Both the position numbers and the translations under genes were made by a program. The notes below the pieces were generated by a model. The model was not told where the DNA came from, did no database searches, and saw only the letters and a list, made by a program, of their open reading frames with translations. Source: a virus. Taken from it: a stretch of 64,000 nucleotides of DNA. The DNA is taken from positions 32,001-96,000 of IMG/VR virus record IMGVR_UViG_3300023180_005138, one strand, 5' to 3'. This document shows, piece by piece, positions 47,301-56,318 of the stretch (its first letter is position 1; every line of letters begins with the position of its first letter).

Positions 47301-50300
47301 ACCTCCCTCATCTTTAGAGTTAATTGGTAAAGTAATCTTATCATTACCTTTTAATCCTCCAAAGTCAAAAGTATCATTAACAGCAAGAACATGAGTACCA
47401 AAGTTTATGTCTTGAAGATTGTTTAATCCTGTCAAAGAAAGCTCAATATACCCATTAGCTTCTTCGTCAGCTCCAATATCAACGATATCATAACCAGTAA
47501 CAAGAATTTTTGATCTTCCGATTTCTGTAGTGAAACCGTTTTTACCCATTAGAGTAACAGACTCTCCTTCTAAGATATCTGTAAAATCATCCATATGTAC
47601 TTTTATAATATCCCTCGATGCTTGAGGGGTAGTGTTTGATACTAGCGATCTTGTATTAAAAGGAGGAGCATGGAAAAAGTCAGTTCTAGTCTCGTTAGAA
47701 TAACCGGTAAAATCATTTGTAAAACTAATATCAATATCAGTATAAACAGAGCCGTCTAAATCTCTTTTTGGTACTGCTCTTAGTTCAAACATAGGAGCAG
47801 GAGGAGCTTGTAGAGGAGAGAATAAATCCGTAAAAGCTAAAGGCTTATAATTAATTAATGTATCAGAATCTACATAAACATTAGAAATATATTCTCTAGC
47901 TTCAATGAATACTGTTTCGTCTGGCTCTCTTTTCATATTAATGATTCTAAAGAGTTTGTCAGATTGCGCAGTAAAAATATCAGTAGGATTAGCAATAGTT
48001 CCTATACTCCAAGTATCATACCTACTTGGTGTATGAAAAGTTCCCCACCCACCACTAAAAGCATTAAAAGTTTTAGATGGGTGATCCCATTTACTTAAAG
48101 CCTCAACTCTGATAACTTCGGCACCACCAGTAACATTTGCAGTATTAGATAGATTAAAACTAGTGTTACTAATTATATAAGCATCAACTAAACCAGAAGT
48201 GTGACTAGACACCCTAAGAATTAAAGGATCAGTATTAGCTGTAAAAAACGACGAAGTTATAGAAGGATTTCCTATATGTTCTAGGTATATAGCCGTATTT
48301 GATGCAGTAGAAGAGTTAGATACTATACCTCCATAACCCCACCCTACAGAAGTAGCTCTTTGAGATACCGCAATAATAGATCCTGGAGTAAGTTCAGAAG
48401 CTTCTATACCAGTTTTAAAGCCAACTTTTCTTCTAGAATATTTGGAATCAGCAATAACATATTGAGCAGCTCTAATTGCTTGACTTTTTCTAGCTACTCC
48501 ATCTAAATCAATTTTTGCAATATTCTCAATACTATTACGTTCTCTAAGAGCTTTTGGATCATCAATTCTTAAAACTTCTCTTCTAAAGTGTAATGTAGGG
48601 TCTATATAAGTAACATCTACACCAGTAATTAGAGACTCCTCTGATATACCAGAAATATTCATGGTCCCTGCTATAATATTTGTCTCATTAAATACTGCTG
48701 ATGGCATATTATCAGGCTTATCCTGATACATCATAATTTTACCACCAGAATAGAATAGTATAGATCTAGAACTAAGACTAACAATATTTATAGCATCCAT
48801 GACTTGTTTTTGGTCAGATATAACACCGTCGTATATAAAACGTCTCTCTAACACTCCAAGACCTGCGTCTATCCCCACTAAAACCTCTGTAACCTTTGTT
48901 TTAACTCCTCTAGGCTTATATCTATTAGTACCATCAGCCTCTGCTGCAACTCCTACAAATTCACCTGTAGTAACATCACAAGCATCATTATATACTGCAG
49001 CATCATAAAAAGAGAATTTATCAACATTTTCTTCTGGAATACCTAATCCATAAGATTTATTAGTTAGCATGTCATATATAATCCATGCAGGATTCTGAGT
49101 CCATGAGAATACAAACTGCCCGTCCCAAAGACCGTTATAAATAACAGGAGTGCCTGTTAGTAAGGTAGTTCCAGTTTTTTGTTGACTATAACCATAATTT
49201 GTTCTATCAGTGGCACTAACCTCTACCTCTCTCCAATCAATATCTCCATTCTCTAAAATAGGCTGATTATAATTAGAGGGTACTTTTACAATAAGACCTT
49301 TAACTATCTGAGTAATAGCAGGCATTCCGCCTTTATGTTCTGCGAAAGCTTTTAGTGCATATCCAACAGTAGCTGTTCTAGTATATGCAATAGGTTCTTC
49401 TATAATTTCGGTCCACCCTTGGAAAGTTACAGAGGCTTGTACTTTAGAAGACGCAGTATCAGCATTTGTTTTTTCAACTGTGAATTTATAACCAGCGTCA
49501 TCTATTTTATTAGTAGGAACTGCTAAGTATATGTCAAAAGAAAATGCAACGTTCGTCTTACCATTAATAGTTCTTGTTTGTGTAGCTAGTTCTTCTGTTC
49601 CATCTCTATTATATAATGTAACTTTTACCTCTATAGTTTCTGGAAGAACATCTCCTTTATCATTTTGTTTTTGTAAGCCTCCAATGATAAAATAAAACTT
49701 ACAGGCTGTTAATGCTGTAGGAGATGTATCTTGTTTATCAACAGCAGATCGAGGAACGCCATCAGCATTACCTTTTTTAAGTTCTACTGTTCCTTGTAGT
49801 CTCTGAGGGATAAAAGTATAGTCTCCAAATAAAGGAATGCGTTGTTGAGATATTGTTCCTGTATTAGTATAATAAAAGAACTTTTCATCATCTACTACTC
49901 CCTCTACTAATAAATCTTCAATATTACCTTCATTAAATTCTATATCTTGTGGTCCATTTGGGTTGATTCTATATACAGGACCTTCTCCTAAACCAAGGGT
50001 TAGTAATAAAATATCTGTAGAGAACAGGTTATTGGGAGTTTCGGTTCCGCTACCGCCGCCTTTTCCTCCACCGCCACCATTATGAACATAAACTCCATTA
50101 GCGATATAAGAGTGAACATGAGAAACTTTAAAGTTATAAACTTCTCCATCTCGTAGATATTCAATAGAATTAATTTTAGATAGTTGATTATCGTTTGTTA
50201 AAAGATTGTCACCAACCTTAAAATCTTTTAGCTCTTGATATGTACCATCTTCTTTTAACACCCAGTGATTAGGAGTAATATCAAGAGTACCCGCTTCGTG

Positions 50301-50531
50301 TTCGACGCGATATATTTTATCTATAGGGTGATAAAAAGTCTCAGTAACTGTGGATAAAACAGAATGTCCTAATTCGTTAAAAGCCCATACGGAATCTCCT
50401 ACTTCAATATCTGAAATAGGTTTAAATCCTGATTCTATAGAGATAAGAGTATCAGGAGCAAAACAACCTCCTCCTCCGCCTCCACCTTCTATTAAAGGAA
50501 CCGCAGTATCATCAATATAAAGCACTGTCAT
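44355..50531 (-). CDS. Central tail fibre / tip attachment protein (lambda gpJ-like) with N-terminal Hint domain
   Basis: 2058 aa; VKGLIVKVPSNY, WTQNPAWIIYDML..K.YGLG, FNETNII and FnIII-like repeats. Confidence 0.9.
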   Translation of the reverse strand: MTVLYIDDTAVPLIEGGGGGGGCFAPDTLISIESGFKPISDIEVGDSVWAFNELGHSVLSTVTETFYHPIDKIYRVEHEAGTLDITPNHWVLKEDGTYQELKDFKVGDNLLTNDNQLSKINSIEYLRDGEVYNFKVSHVHSYIANGVYVHNGGGGGKGGGSGTETPNNLFSTDILLLTLGLGEGPVYRINPNGPQDIEFNEGNIEDLLVEGVVDDEKFFYYTNTGTISQQRIPLFGDYTFIPQRLQGTVELKKGNADGVPRSAVDKQDTSPTALTACKFYFIIGGLQKQNDKGDVLPETIEVKVTLYNRDGTEELATQTRTINGKTNVAFSFDIYLAVPTNKIDDAGYKFTVEKTNADTASSKVQASVTFQGWTEIIEEPIAYTRTATVGYALKAFAEHKGGMPAITQIVKGLIVKVPSNYNQPILENGDIDWREVEVSATDRTNYGYSQQKTGTTLLTGTPVIYNGLWDGQFVFSWTQNPAWIIYDMLTNKSYGLGIPEENVDKFSFYDAAVYNDACDVTTGEFVGVAAEADGTNRYKPRGVKTKVTEVLVGIDAGLGVLERRFIYDGVISDQKQVMDAINIVSLSSRSILFYSGGKIMMYQDKPDNMPSAVFNETNIIAGTMNISGISEESLITGVDVTYIDPTLHFRREVLRIDDPKALRERNSIENIAKIDLDGVARKSQAIRAAQYVIADSKYSRRKVGFKTGIEASELTPGSIIAVSQRATSVGWGYGGIVSNSSTASNTAIYLEHIGNPSITSSFFTANTDPLILRVSSHTSGLVDAYIISNTSFNLSNTANVTGGAEVIRVEALSKWDHPSKTFNAFSGGWGTFHTPSRYDTWSIGTIANPTDIFTAQSDKLFRIINMKREPDETVFIEAREYISNVYVDSDTLINYKPLAFTDLFSPLQAPPAPMFELRAVPKRDLDGSVYTDIDISFTNDFTGYSNETRTDFFHAPPFNTRSLVSNTTPQASRDIIKVHMDDFTDILEGESVTLMGKNGFTTEIGRSKILVTGYDIVDIGADEEANGYIELSLTGLNNLQDINFGTHVLAVNDTFDFGGLKGNDKITLPINSKDEGGTGDAAGLLGFIGSDTRVTQYSANVTSYNASTNTIKILNDHSGSTTIHGLLPDPPFYIKVPQVIDHRYFANNSLYVTGTHLDLVRSNTATISNLIDNHVFKQPLGVSLRHTGFVEVFINGGTHSDFTLEKGLDNLSNSQVSINLSTLPTSISNLDIRVTANVYTVPILERGDNITWNAGNVYGISDSTFDIAAPSYDAALTANGIYRVTLSDNIKSNVATAFAINITEDPIGTVGNLDLGSKTFTFDYNHLRYRGLLNLANNGVYTTNTPVNTFIPLNLESGSKRVINRAEVGIHSVRARNVTKYGRRSPFTTKSVSVRPIPIKAVSNLAIAEELYKDSTLGVSTRIMVSFDHITGQEVTDYEISYKISGDIAGDLTSFNTVKVSAAGVDEDGKIRIKIDNIERGLSSNPNAIVVRVIPLNKNIRGSVAIKQASITGKLAPPKNVVNFAVGQASDTLVMIWRYVIDPITGDNYDLDLLEVQIKKVEGSIATDQATLLDLWPRAQEVAIVDARTNRVVIDIDQYGQYSYLVRTKDTSGIFSTDIVAASFTSQPVSFSKTYQIFSEDTPGVPLVVGVHNSNNTESAYASFYSSNTGGLSYAKADSLFDSSVVDNANGSSSGWSVIGGSPTDLRALENAEYVTQIRDLGNTLTASIQLELVGSQALKSTWLDYSEQIGGDQVTEAASGSGKLKDVDFSGTLGIGEILGSSNTGAATVTYHSENKTLVSGLQGSFPANVYGIVAIGNYDGDDSNANVFSLIAGVSNDNEIILGDSWYANGMSTGSNGFANLEVAGSSYKLVNLKQWLDLSEGATFYGTSGIVTTNTEVRYATTSPYFANGNVDSSAFTSVAGSDGFENFVTGARTFRYFQFRYKVNNSDPTQAELILDKFNYKITLDERLYTEIVTVDTLSKYVDYSQMAFTQIPKVTGSIVSASSNQLAQPQVIILDRGLGGANISVYFSNGVSAHNIGGPSGILPQVDFAVTGV
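50079..50465 (-). mobile_element. Mini-intein / Hint (BIL-like) domain, 129 aa, with no endonuclease and +1 Gly
   Basis: Block A CFAPDTLI, block B ITPNHWV, block F VYNFKV, block G YIANGVYVHN; flanked by G7 and G5KG3. Confidence 0.9.
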
Positions 50532-50548
50532 TCTGTATAATCTACCTT

Positions 50549-51265
50549 TTAATTTGTCCTAGTAATTTCATCTGACCTAGTATAAAATATGTCACTCACA
50601 GCGATTGTATCGTTTTCTCCGTGTTTTATAGTTTCTACGTGCCCACTTAACATTTGTCCTGCAACTCTAGGAGCACCATAAATCAGAGGAACATTAGCAT
50701 TAGTATCTGTAGTATTCTCTAAAGCATCAAACATATCATTATTTCTTCTTTGTTGGTTATTATTACTATTATTAACAGGCTCTGGAGGTTTCATCATCAT
50801 TTGCATTAGTCCAGCCAAAACCAGACCAATACCCATTTTAAGCAGCCCTCCTGCTGTCAGACCAGCGATACCGACCTTAGCACTAGCATCAAATGCTGCA
50901 AGCCCACCAGCGGCGAAGGCACCTCCAGTAAAAAGGGCGAGACCTATTAAAACTACTCCCAAAAGTACCATTAAAAGACCACTTTTTCCTCCTGACCCTT
51001 CTAAAATAGGGACTAAGGTAAGTTCTTCATGTTTTAATCTATTAAATTCATAGTCTTTTTTCTTTAATAGTTCTCCTTCTGGAGTTATTAAACTAATATT
51101 TTCTTTTAAACATCCTGTAGAGATAGTTTTTATATACCTTCTCATTTTAGGAAATAAAGCCACTAATGCATGACGTATATCAGAAATACTGTTTACGTCT
51201 ACTTGGTGAGACTTAACTCCTGTCATTTCTTGAAATGCGGGATGAAAGTTTAAAGTAACTAGCAT
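50549..51265 (-). CDS. Tail assembly protein I-like (ubiquitin-like beta-grasp plus TM-like segment)
   Basis: Ubl region ending LTLVPILEGSGG, then a Gly/Ala hydrophobic segment, then VPLIYG...G..LS. Confidence 0.82.
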   Translation of the reverse strand: MLVTLNFHPAFQEMTGVKSHQVDVNSISDIRHALVALFPKMRRYIKTISTGCLKENISLITPEGELLKKKDYEFNRLKHEELTLVPILEGSGGKSGLLMVLLGVVLIGLALFTGGAFAAGGLAAFDASAKVGIAGLTAGGLLKMGIGLVLAGLMQMMMKPPEPVNNSNNNQQRRNNDMFDALENTTDTNANVPLIYGAPRVAGQMLSGHVETIKHGENDTIAVSDIFYTRSDEITRTN

Positions 51266-51630
51266 TGTAAATCTGATTCCTCTAATGGTTTAAATCTTAG
51301 ATAATTTAAGTCATCTAACCAGTATAAATAATATTCCTCTTTTGGACTACCAACTATAAATTTATATTGTTTAAATATAGCAGAGTTCTTATCATGATCA
51401 CTAGGTAGTACGTCATGATAAGCAGTATGGCTATGAAAAATACCCCAGCAATCCTCTCCATACTTGAATAAGGCTCTGGGGTCTAAGACAAAACTTTCTG
51501 ATGGCACAGGACTAAGATTATCACAAGGAATATATTCAAAGTTTTTTGTAATAATTCCACAACATTCTACTTCAGTATTTTCATTAATATGTTTTTTAAA
51601 TCCTGCTACTAAGTCTTTGTACCTATCCAT
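51259..51630 (-). CDS. JAB/MPN+ metalloprotease (gpK N-terminal-like), standalone
   Basis: ECCG...N.SP.P..SF...FHSH......PS..D JAMM motif. Confidence 0.85.
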   Translation of the reverse strand: MDRYKDLVAGFKKHINENTEVECCGIITKNFEYIPCDNLSPVPSESFVLDPRALFKYGEDCWGIFHSHTAYHDVLPSDHDKNSAIFKQYKFIVGSPKEEYYLYWLDDLNYLRFKPLEESDLQC

Positions 51631-52064
51631 TTATATATCCCCATCGTATATTGTTTATAATAGTTACCATATGTAGCTATATGTGATTTGTGATTTTGTA
51701 ATATATGCAGTATCTTATTATTCCCTATATATAAACCACAATGATTAGTAATTGTAGAAGCACCAATAGTCATAGTTATAACATCAAATTCTTTAGGACT
51801 ATTAACTAACTGCCATCCATAATCTTTAGAAGATGCTTTTTTAATATTATCTTCATGAATTTGCTGATACCAGTAATCGTCTACTATATTACACCAGTCT
51901 CTAGTAGTATAGGGTATTTCTATTTCAAGTTCTTGTTTATAAATATACTTAACTAAATTAAAACAATCTATTCCAGTATTAGGGTCTAATCCTAAATGTT
52001 TAAAAGGAAGCCCTACGTATTTATCCCATTCCACCGCCATATACTTGCTATTTGATCTCTCCAA
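51609..52064 (-). CDS. NlpC/P60 tail assembly protein (gpK C-terminal-like)
   Basis: YVGLPF...GIDCFNLV...NHCGLYIGNNKILH. Confidence 0.85.
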   Translation of the reverse strand: MERSNSKYMAVEWDKYVGLPFKHLGLDPNTGIDCFNLVKYIYKQELEIEIPYTTRDWCNIVDDYWYQQIHEDNIKKASSKDYGWQLVNSPKEFDVITMTIGASTITNHCGLYIGNNKILHILQNHKSHIATYGNYYKQYTMGIYKWIGTKT

Positions 52065-52444
52065 TCTTGATTTAATACCTCAATTAAAGAACTTTTTCCT
52101 TCCGGTAAGTGAATAAATCTATTAGCCTCTATATATAAACCAAAATGAGTTGGTATTAAACGACCTGATTTAAATATTATTACATCATATTCTTGCAACT
52201 CTGTCAAGTAAACTTTTTTAGCAACAGTAGTTGCCCAATCTTCAAGTGTCTGAACGGATAAGCGCTTCATCCAACCTCTTCCATCTTTTGGCTTACCCCC
52301 TGGAAGACCTAAAGGTTCCCACAAACTTTCAAAAACATTAGAATTAAGCTCATTTTTATAGATGGAATCTATAAGAGTAATACAATTATTTTCTAAGTAA
52401 TTATGTTGAATTCCTAAGTATTTAAGATATTTTGATTCCATCAT
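52013..52444 (-). CDS. Second NlpC/P60 protein
   Basis: YLGIQH...NNCITLI...DVIIF...THFGLYI....FIH. Confidence 0.75.
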   Translation of the reverse strand: MMESKYLKYLGIQHNYLENNCITLIDSIYKNELNSNVFESLWEPLGLPGGKPKDGRGWMKRLSVQTLEDWATTVAKKVYLTELQEYDVIIFKSGRLIPTHFGLYIEANRFIHLPEGKSSLIEVLNQDWRDQIASIWRWNGINT

Positions 52445-53597
52445 ACCAATCTGCTAACTGAGGGACTATAGCTGTAAAATTTTCGTTTCTATTTCTGTCT
52501 AAAATTCCAGTATTTTTCTTAAAGATACACTCTAATTTTTCTCTGTCTTTTATCTCACCATTCATATATCTTAACCAGTCTGACATATGTTTAATATCAG
52601 ATATATGTAAATCTTTTTTGTGAGTCTCTATAAAATTTTTATAATACCTCATTATTTTTTGCTTTTCTTCAGTAGGTAAAACTTGCAAAGAAATAGAAGG
52701 GGGAGTAACTAGCGTTGTACCAAAGATAGGTATATTTTTCTTTTTACCCCATAAAAGTAAATCAGGCATAGAATAAATAGTTAATATAGATACGACTGAA
52801 CTAATAGAGGTAACATAGGGTTTAACCATATCTATATTAGACTCAAAGTCTTCCCAAACTAACTCTTTTCTAACATATTCTGTAACTTCTTTATAACCAT
52901 CACAACTCGTCCAGAGGTTGACTTTCTTAAACTGTTTCCATAAAGATACTAGATCATATTCTTTAAATTTTAAAATAGATAGGTTAGTGTTATACTGAAC
53001 ATTTATATCAGTTTTACCCTTAGAAATTAAGTACTCCAGTATTTTATAATGTTGCTCTAATACTAAAGGCTCTCCTCCTGCAAAATATAAAACTTCTAAA
53101 TTAGGATATATTAACTCTAATCCTTCCCAAAACAAATCATTATCCCACTGCTCTTCTTTTTTACCTTGAATTGAAAATAAGTTTTTACCTTCTTTTATCC
53201 AAGCAGTACTAGAAGCAGGACCGCAAGTTCTGCACCTAAAATTACAAGTATTTCCTAGTCTAAAATCTATATAAGGAGGGGGAGGAGGGGTAAGGGTTTT
53301 TTGTAGGTACTCTTTGTGACTCCAAAAATTATTAGCGTTATTCTTTGGATTTTCAATAACACCTAATTCATCTTTTTTAAAACAAGGATTATAACACTGT
53401 TCTGGTATTTTCCCTTCTAAAAAAGATTTTCTTAATTCTATGTACGGAGTTCCGTGCCACACATCCATAATAGGTTGTGTATTATCTCCTAAAGAATCTT
53501 TATTTGAAAAAGAATCTGAAAAGCAACAGGCTTTATACTCCCCTCTCATATTACCATGCATATGAATCCACGGTAATATACATCCTTTTATTGCCAT
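52422..53597 (-). CDS. Radical SAM protein (N-terminal twitch-like) embedded in the tail operon
   Basis: GCILPW.H...ACC; DFRLGNTCNFRCRTC; FAGGEPL; YNTN. Confidence 0.88.
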   Translation of the reverse strand: MAIKGCILPWIHMHGNMRGEYKACCFSDSFSNKDSLGDNTQPIMDVWHGTPYIELRKSFLEGKIPEQCYNPCFKKDELGVIENPKNNANNFWSHKEYLQKTLTPPPPPYIDFRLGNTCNFRCRTCGPASSTAWIKEGKNLFSIQGKKEEQWDNDLFWEGLELIYPNLEVLYFAGGEPLVLEQHYKILEYLISKGKTDINVQYNTNLSILKFKEYDLVSLWKQFKKVNLWTSCDGYKEVTEYVRKELVWEDFESNIDMVKPYVTSISSVVSILTIYSMPDLLLWGKKKNIPIFGTTLVTPPSISLQVLPTEEKQKIMRYYKNFIETHKKDLHISDIKHMSDWLRYMNGEIKDREKLECIFKKNTGILDRNRNENFTAIVPQLADWYDGIKIS

Positions 53598-55339
53598 TAC
53601 TGTTTTGGTACCTGTCTTCCTGTTCCTGGAAACCCTCCAAAATGAATTGTATTATTTCTAACTCTACAGGCTTCATATGATTTACCACATTCATCATCTT
53701 TTATTGATGCTGCGATAGTATTATTAGCAAATATAGGATTTGTATTAGCATAACGAGTCGGAAAAGTACCTGGTATAGCACTAGCGGCAGCAGGAGGGGT
53801 AGGAGGTCCAGGATATTGACACTCAGTTCCTTTATACTCCCATTGACACGTATTTTTATAAAATTTTCTTTTTGGAAGACGTAGTTTAAAATACTGTAAC
53901 CAACTAGTTAAAGTAAATTCTGCAATTTGCTCATTTAGAGTAGGCATTTCTAAAATTTTAAATACATCTTTTACATAGGCTTCTGGATCATAATCATCGT
54001 TTACGATATAAAGGTTTTGTGTTTCTGCTGCATTAGCTAGAGGGGCACTCAAAAATAAAATTCTTTCTTCTTGAATATCTTGAATAGTTCTAGTAGCAGT
54101 TCCAAATTGATTTTTAACATTATCGCCTACTCTATAAGGAGCTGCGTTTACTACAGATATGACATTTCCACTAATATAATCTATACTAGAGTGTTCTGGC
54201 CAGTATTCAAGATGTGTTGCAAAAGTAGACTTAATTTCTACAACTCCTCCAAGAAAATCTCTCGTATCGTATTTAAGTTGTTCCCAGTCTTCCCCTAATG
54301 TCTGTGCTCTTGAATATCCCCAAGCTGAGTTTGTAGTTCCATAATAAGAATCTACGACATCTTGATTAAAATGAACATTACCTACAACTGTCGCCGGGTC
54401 AAGACCCCACACCATTTCACCATTTACCATAGCATGACAAGAGTTAGACGTAACATTTCCTACTAAGTATGGATTTTCTACAAGAGTAGTAACAACATTA
54501 TCATAGTTAGATACCGAAATACTAACTCTATCAATACTTCCATCCGAAGAAGTAGAAATACCAGAAGATTCTACTGGATAAGGAAGATAACTCTCTCCTG
54601 CAAAAGAAACATTGTAGGTTAAATCAGAAAAATTATCACCAATTACTTCTGCTATTCTCCACGGCATGTCTACAGGCCAAGCGTATCCGGCACCCTCTCC
54701 AGAAGGATTACCGTTTTCATTAGGAGGATACCACTCTCCGGGGTAATAAAAAGTATATAGTCTTACTACAGGAGGTTGAGTAAATGCATGTCGTGCTCTA
54801 ATAAAAGGGCTAACATTTATTGCTGAAATTGTAGCACTAGAAGATTGTACTGCGTTTGCAGCTATTAAAGTGCCTGTTGAAGAAGCAAAACTAAAAGCAT
54901 TAGTATTACCCGTTTGTCTAAATACTTTAATAGTTGATTGACCTGGAAGAGTGCTATCAAAAAATTGAATCTTATTATTTCCTTCATGATAGGTCCAATC
55001 ATTAGGATAAGCTATTTGTTCATTAACATAGACACTAAGTTCTGTAGCATAGGTAGGAATTGTCAAACCAGTTAGCGTAACATACTCTGTGCTTGAAGTT
55101 GCAGCAAATGATTGTATTGAAACAACATTAGAAAGTAAATAATGATTACTGTATACAGATTCTCCTACAGTAAATTCTTGAAAAGCATTAGCAACTTTAA
55201 CTTTAATATTACTTGTAGAAGGATCTACATTAGCAACATACCCAAAAGTTTCAGAACTGGCACCAATAATATTGTTTCCATTCTTAAATGGGGTTGTATC
55301 ATTAACTGTTAAAATATAATCATAAAGTCTAGTAGACAT
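53597..55339 (-). CDS. Minor tail protein L-like (Fe-S-binding C-terminus)
   Basis: YLPYPVE, LPKRKF...CQWEYKGTECQY...CGK...AC..R...FGGFPG. Confidence 0.82.
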   Translation of the reverse strand: MSTRLYDYILTVNDTTPFKNGNNIIGASSETFGYVANVDPSTSNIKVKVANAFQEFTVGESVYSNHYLLSNVVSIQSFAATSSTEYVTLTGLTIPTYATELSVYVNEQIAYPNDWTYHEGNNKIQFFDSTLPGQSTIKVFRQTGNTNAFSFASSTGTLIAANAVQSSSATISAINVSPFIRARHAFTQPPVVRLYTFYYPGEWYPPNENGNPSGEGAGYAWPVDMPWRIAEVIGDNFSDLTYNVSFAGESYLPYPVESSGISTSSDGSIDRVSISVSNYDNVVTTLVENPYLVGNVTSNSCHAMVNGEMVWGLDPATVVGNVHFNQDVVDSYYGTTNSAWGYSRAQTLGEDWEQLKYDTRDFLGGVVEIKSTFATHLEYWPEHSSIDYISGNVISVVNAAPYRVGDNVKNQFGTATRTIQDIQEERILFLSAPLANAAETQNLYIVNDDYDPEAYVKDVFKILEMPTLNEQIAEFTLTSWLQYFKLRLPKRKFYKNTCQWEYKGTECQYPGPPTPPAAASAIPGTFPTRYANTNPIFANNTIAASIKDDECGKSYEACRVRNNTIHFGGFPGTGRQVPKQ

Positions 55340-56316
55340 TAATCAAAATCTTCCATTAAATTTATAGTAACTGAGTAAAAATTTTGGGTAAGAGCGGTAC
55401 CACCAGAAATAACTTGTTGAATTTGTAGAGGTCCATTAAATCTTGTTCTTACTGTACCAGTACTATTAATATGTGTCAAGTCAAAAGTGAAAGTTTCATA
55501 CTCTCCGTTCATAGATACATAAAAATCTTCAATTGCTTGTTTTTCAACACCAGAAATATTATTGTATGCTAACTGATACTGTCTTTTTCCTCTGCGAGAC
55601 ATTAATCGTCTCTTTTCATAACCGCTTTGAGTCGCATATTTATTTACATTAAATTGACGACCGAGTTGGAACCCATTAGAAGGTTTACGATCTCTCATAT
55701 CATTAAATCGACCAATTGAGTCTACTTGAGGAGCAAACGTTCTAATTTCTAGAGTAACATTAGCGTAATCTACTTCTTCTTCGTCTACAGCAGGGGCTAC
55801 TGGAAGGTCTATACCATTTACTCCTAAAGTAGCACTTGGATAAGTAAAACTATCTGGATTCTGTAACACGCCTGAAAGCGTAACAAATATAGCGTTGGCT
55901 TCATTTTCTCCTATACTACCTAAAACAGGAGTTGGAAGAGAAAAAGTTGTAGCAACACCGTTTAATAGATACGTGTTAGAATCTATAATAGTAGCAGAAG
56001 TATTTGAATAATGAGCGTAAAAAACAGCGGGATACTTTCGAGTTACTCTAAACCTATTAGGCAAATCAATAGTTCTAAGGATAAGTTCATCAGCACTTGG
56101 GGCTGCTACAAAAGTAATAGAACCGTTATTATTAGATAAATAATAACTTGAAACATCTTGAACAATACCATCAATAGTAGCTATTACCTCTCCTGAAAAT
56201 GATACTGTAGAAGGAAGGGGGAATTCAATTTCGATTCCTGTAGTAGTATATGTTTTTGTTCCCACAGTCGAAAAAGCGTCTAGTGCTACTGTAGCGTCGT
56301 TTGGATATGTAGCCAT
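55339..56316 (-). CDS. Distal tail / minor tail protein M-like with N-terminal accessory domains
   Basis: C-terminal SGYEKRR...RQYQLAY...IEDFY..MNG.YETFTF; directly follows the tape measure gene. Confidence 0.75.
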   Translation of the reverse strand: MATYPNDATVALDAFSTVGTKTYTTTGIEIEFPLPSTVSFSGEVIATIDGIVQDVSSYYLSNNNGSITFVAAPSADELILRTIDLPNRFRVTRKYPAVFYAHYSNTSATIIDSNTYLLNGVATTFSLPTPVLGSIGENEANAIFVTLSGVLQNPDSFTYPSATLGVNGIDLPVAPAVDEEEVDYANVTLEIRTFAPQVDSIGRFNDMRDRKPSNGFQLGRQFNVNKYATQSGYEKRRLMSRRGKRQYQLAYNNISGVEKQAIEDFYVSMNGEYETFTFDLTHINSTGTVRTRFNGPLQIQQVISGGTALTQNFYSVTINLMEDFD

Positions 56317-56318
56317 TT

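Noticed and set aside
50079-50465. Canonical mobile (homing) intein
   Set aside because: It is only 129 aa, has no LAGLIDADG/HNH domain and has +1 Gly, so it was treated as BIL-like.
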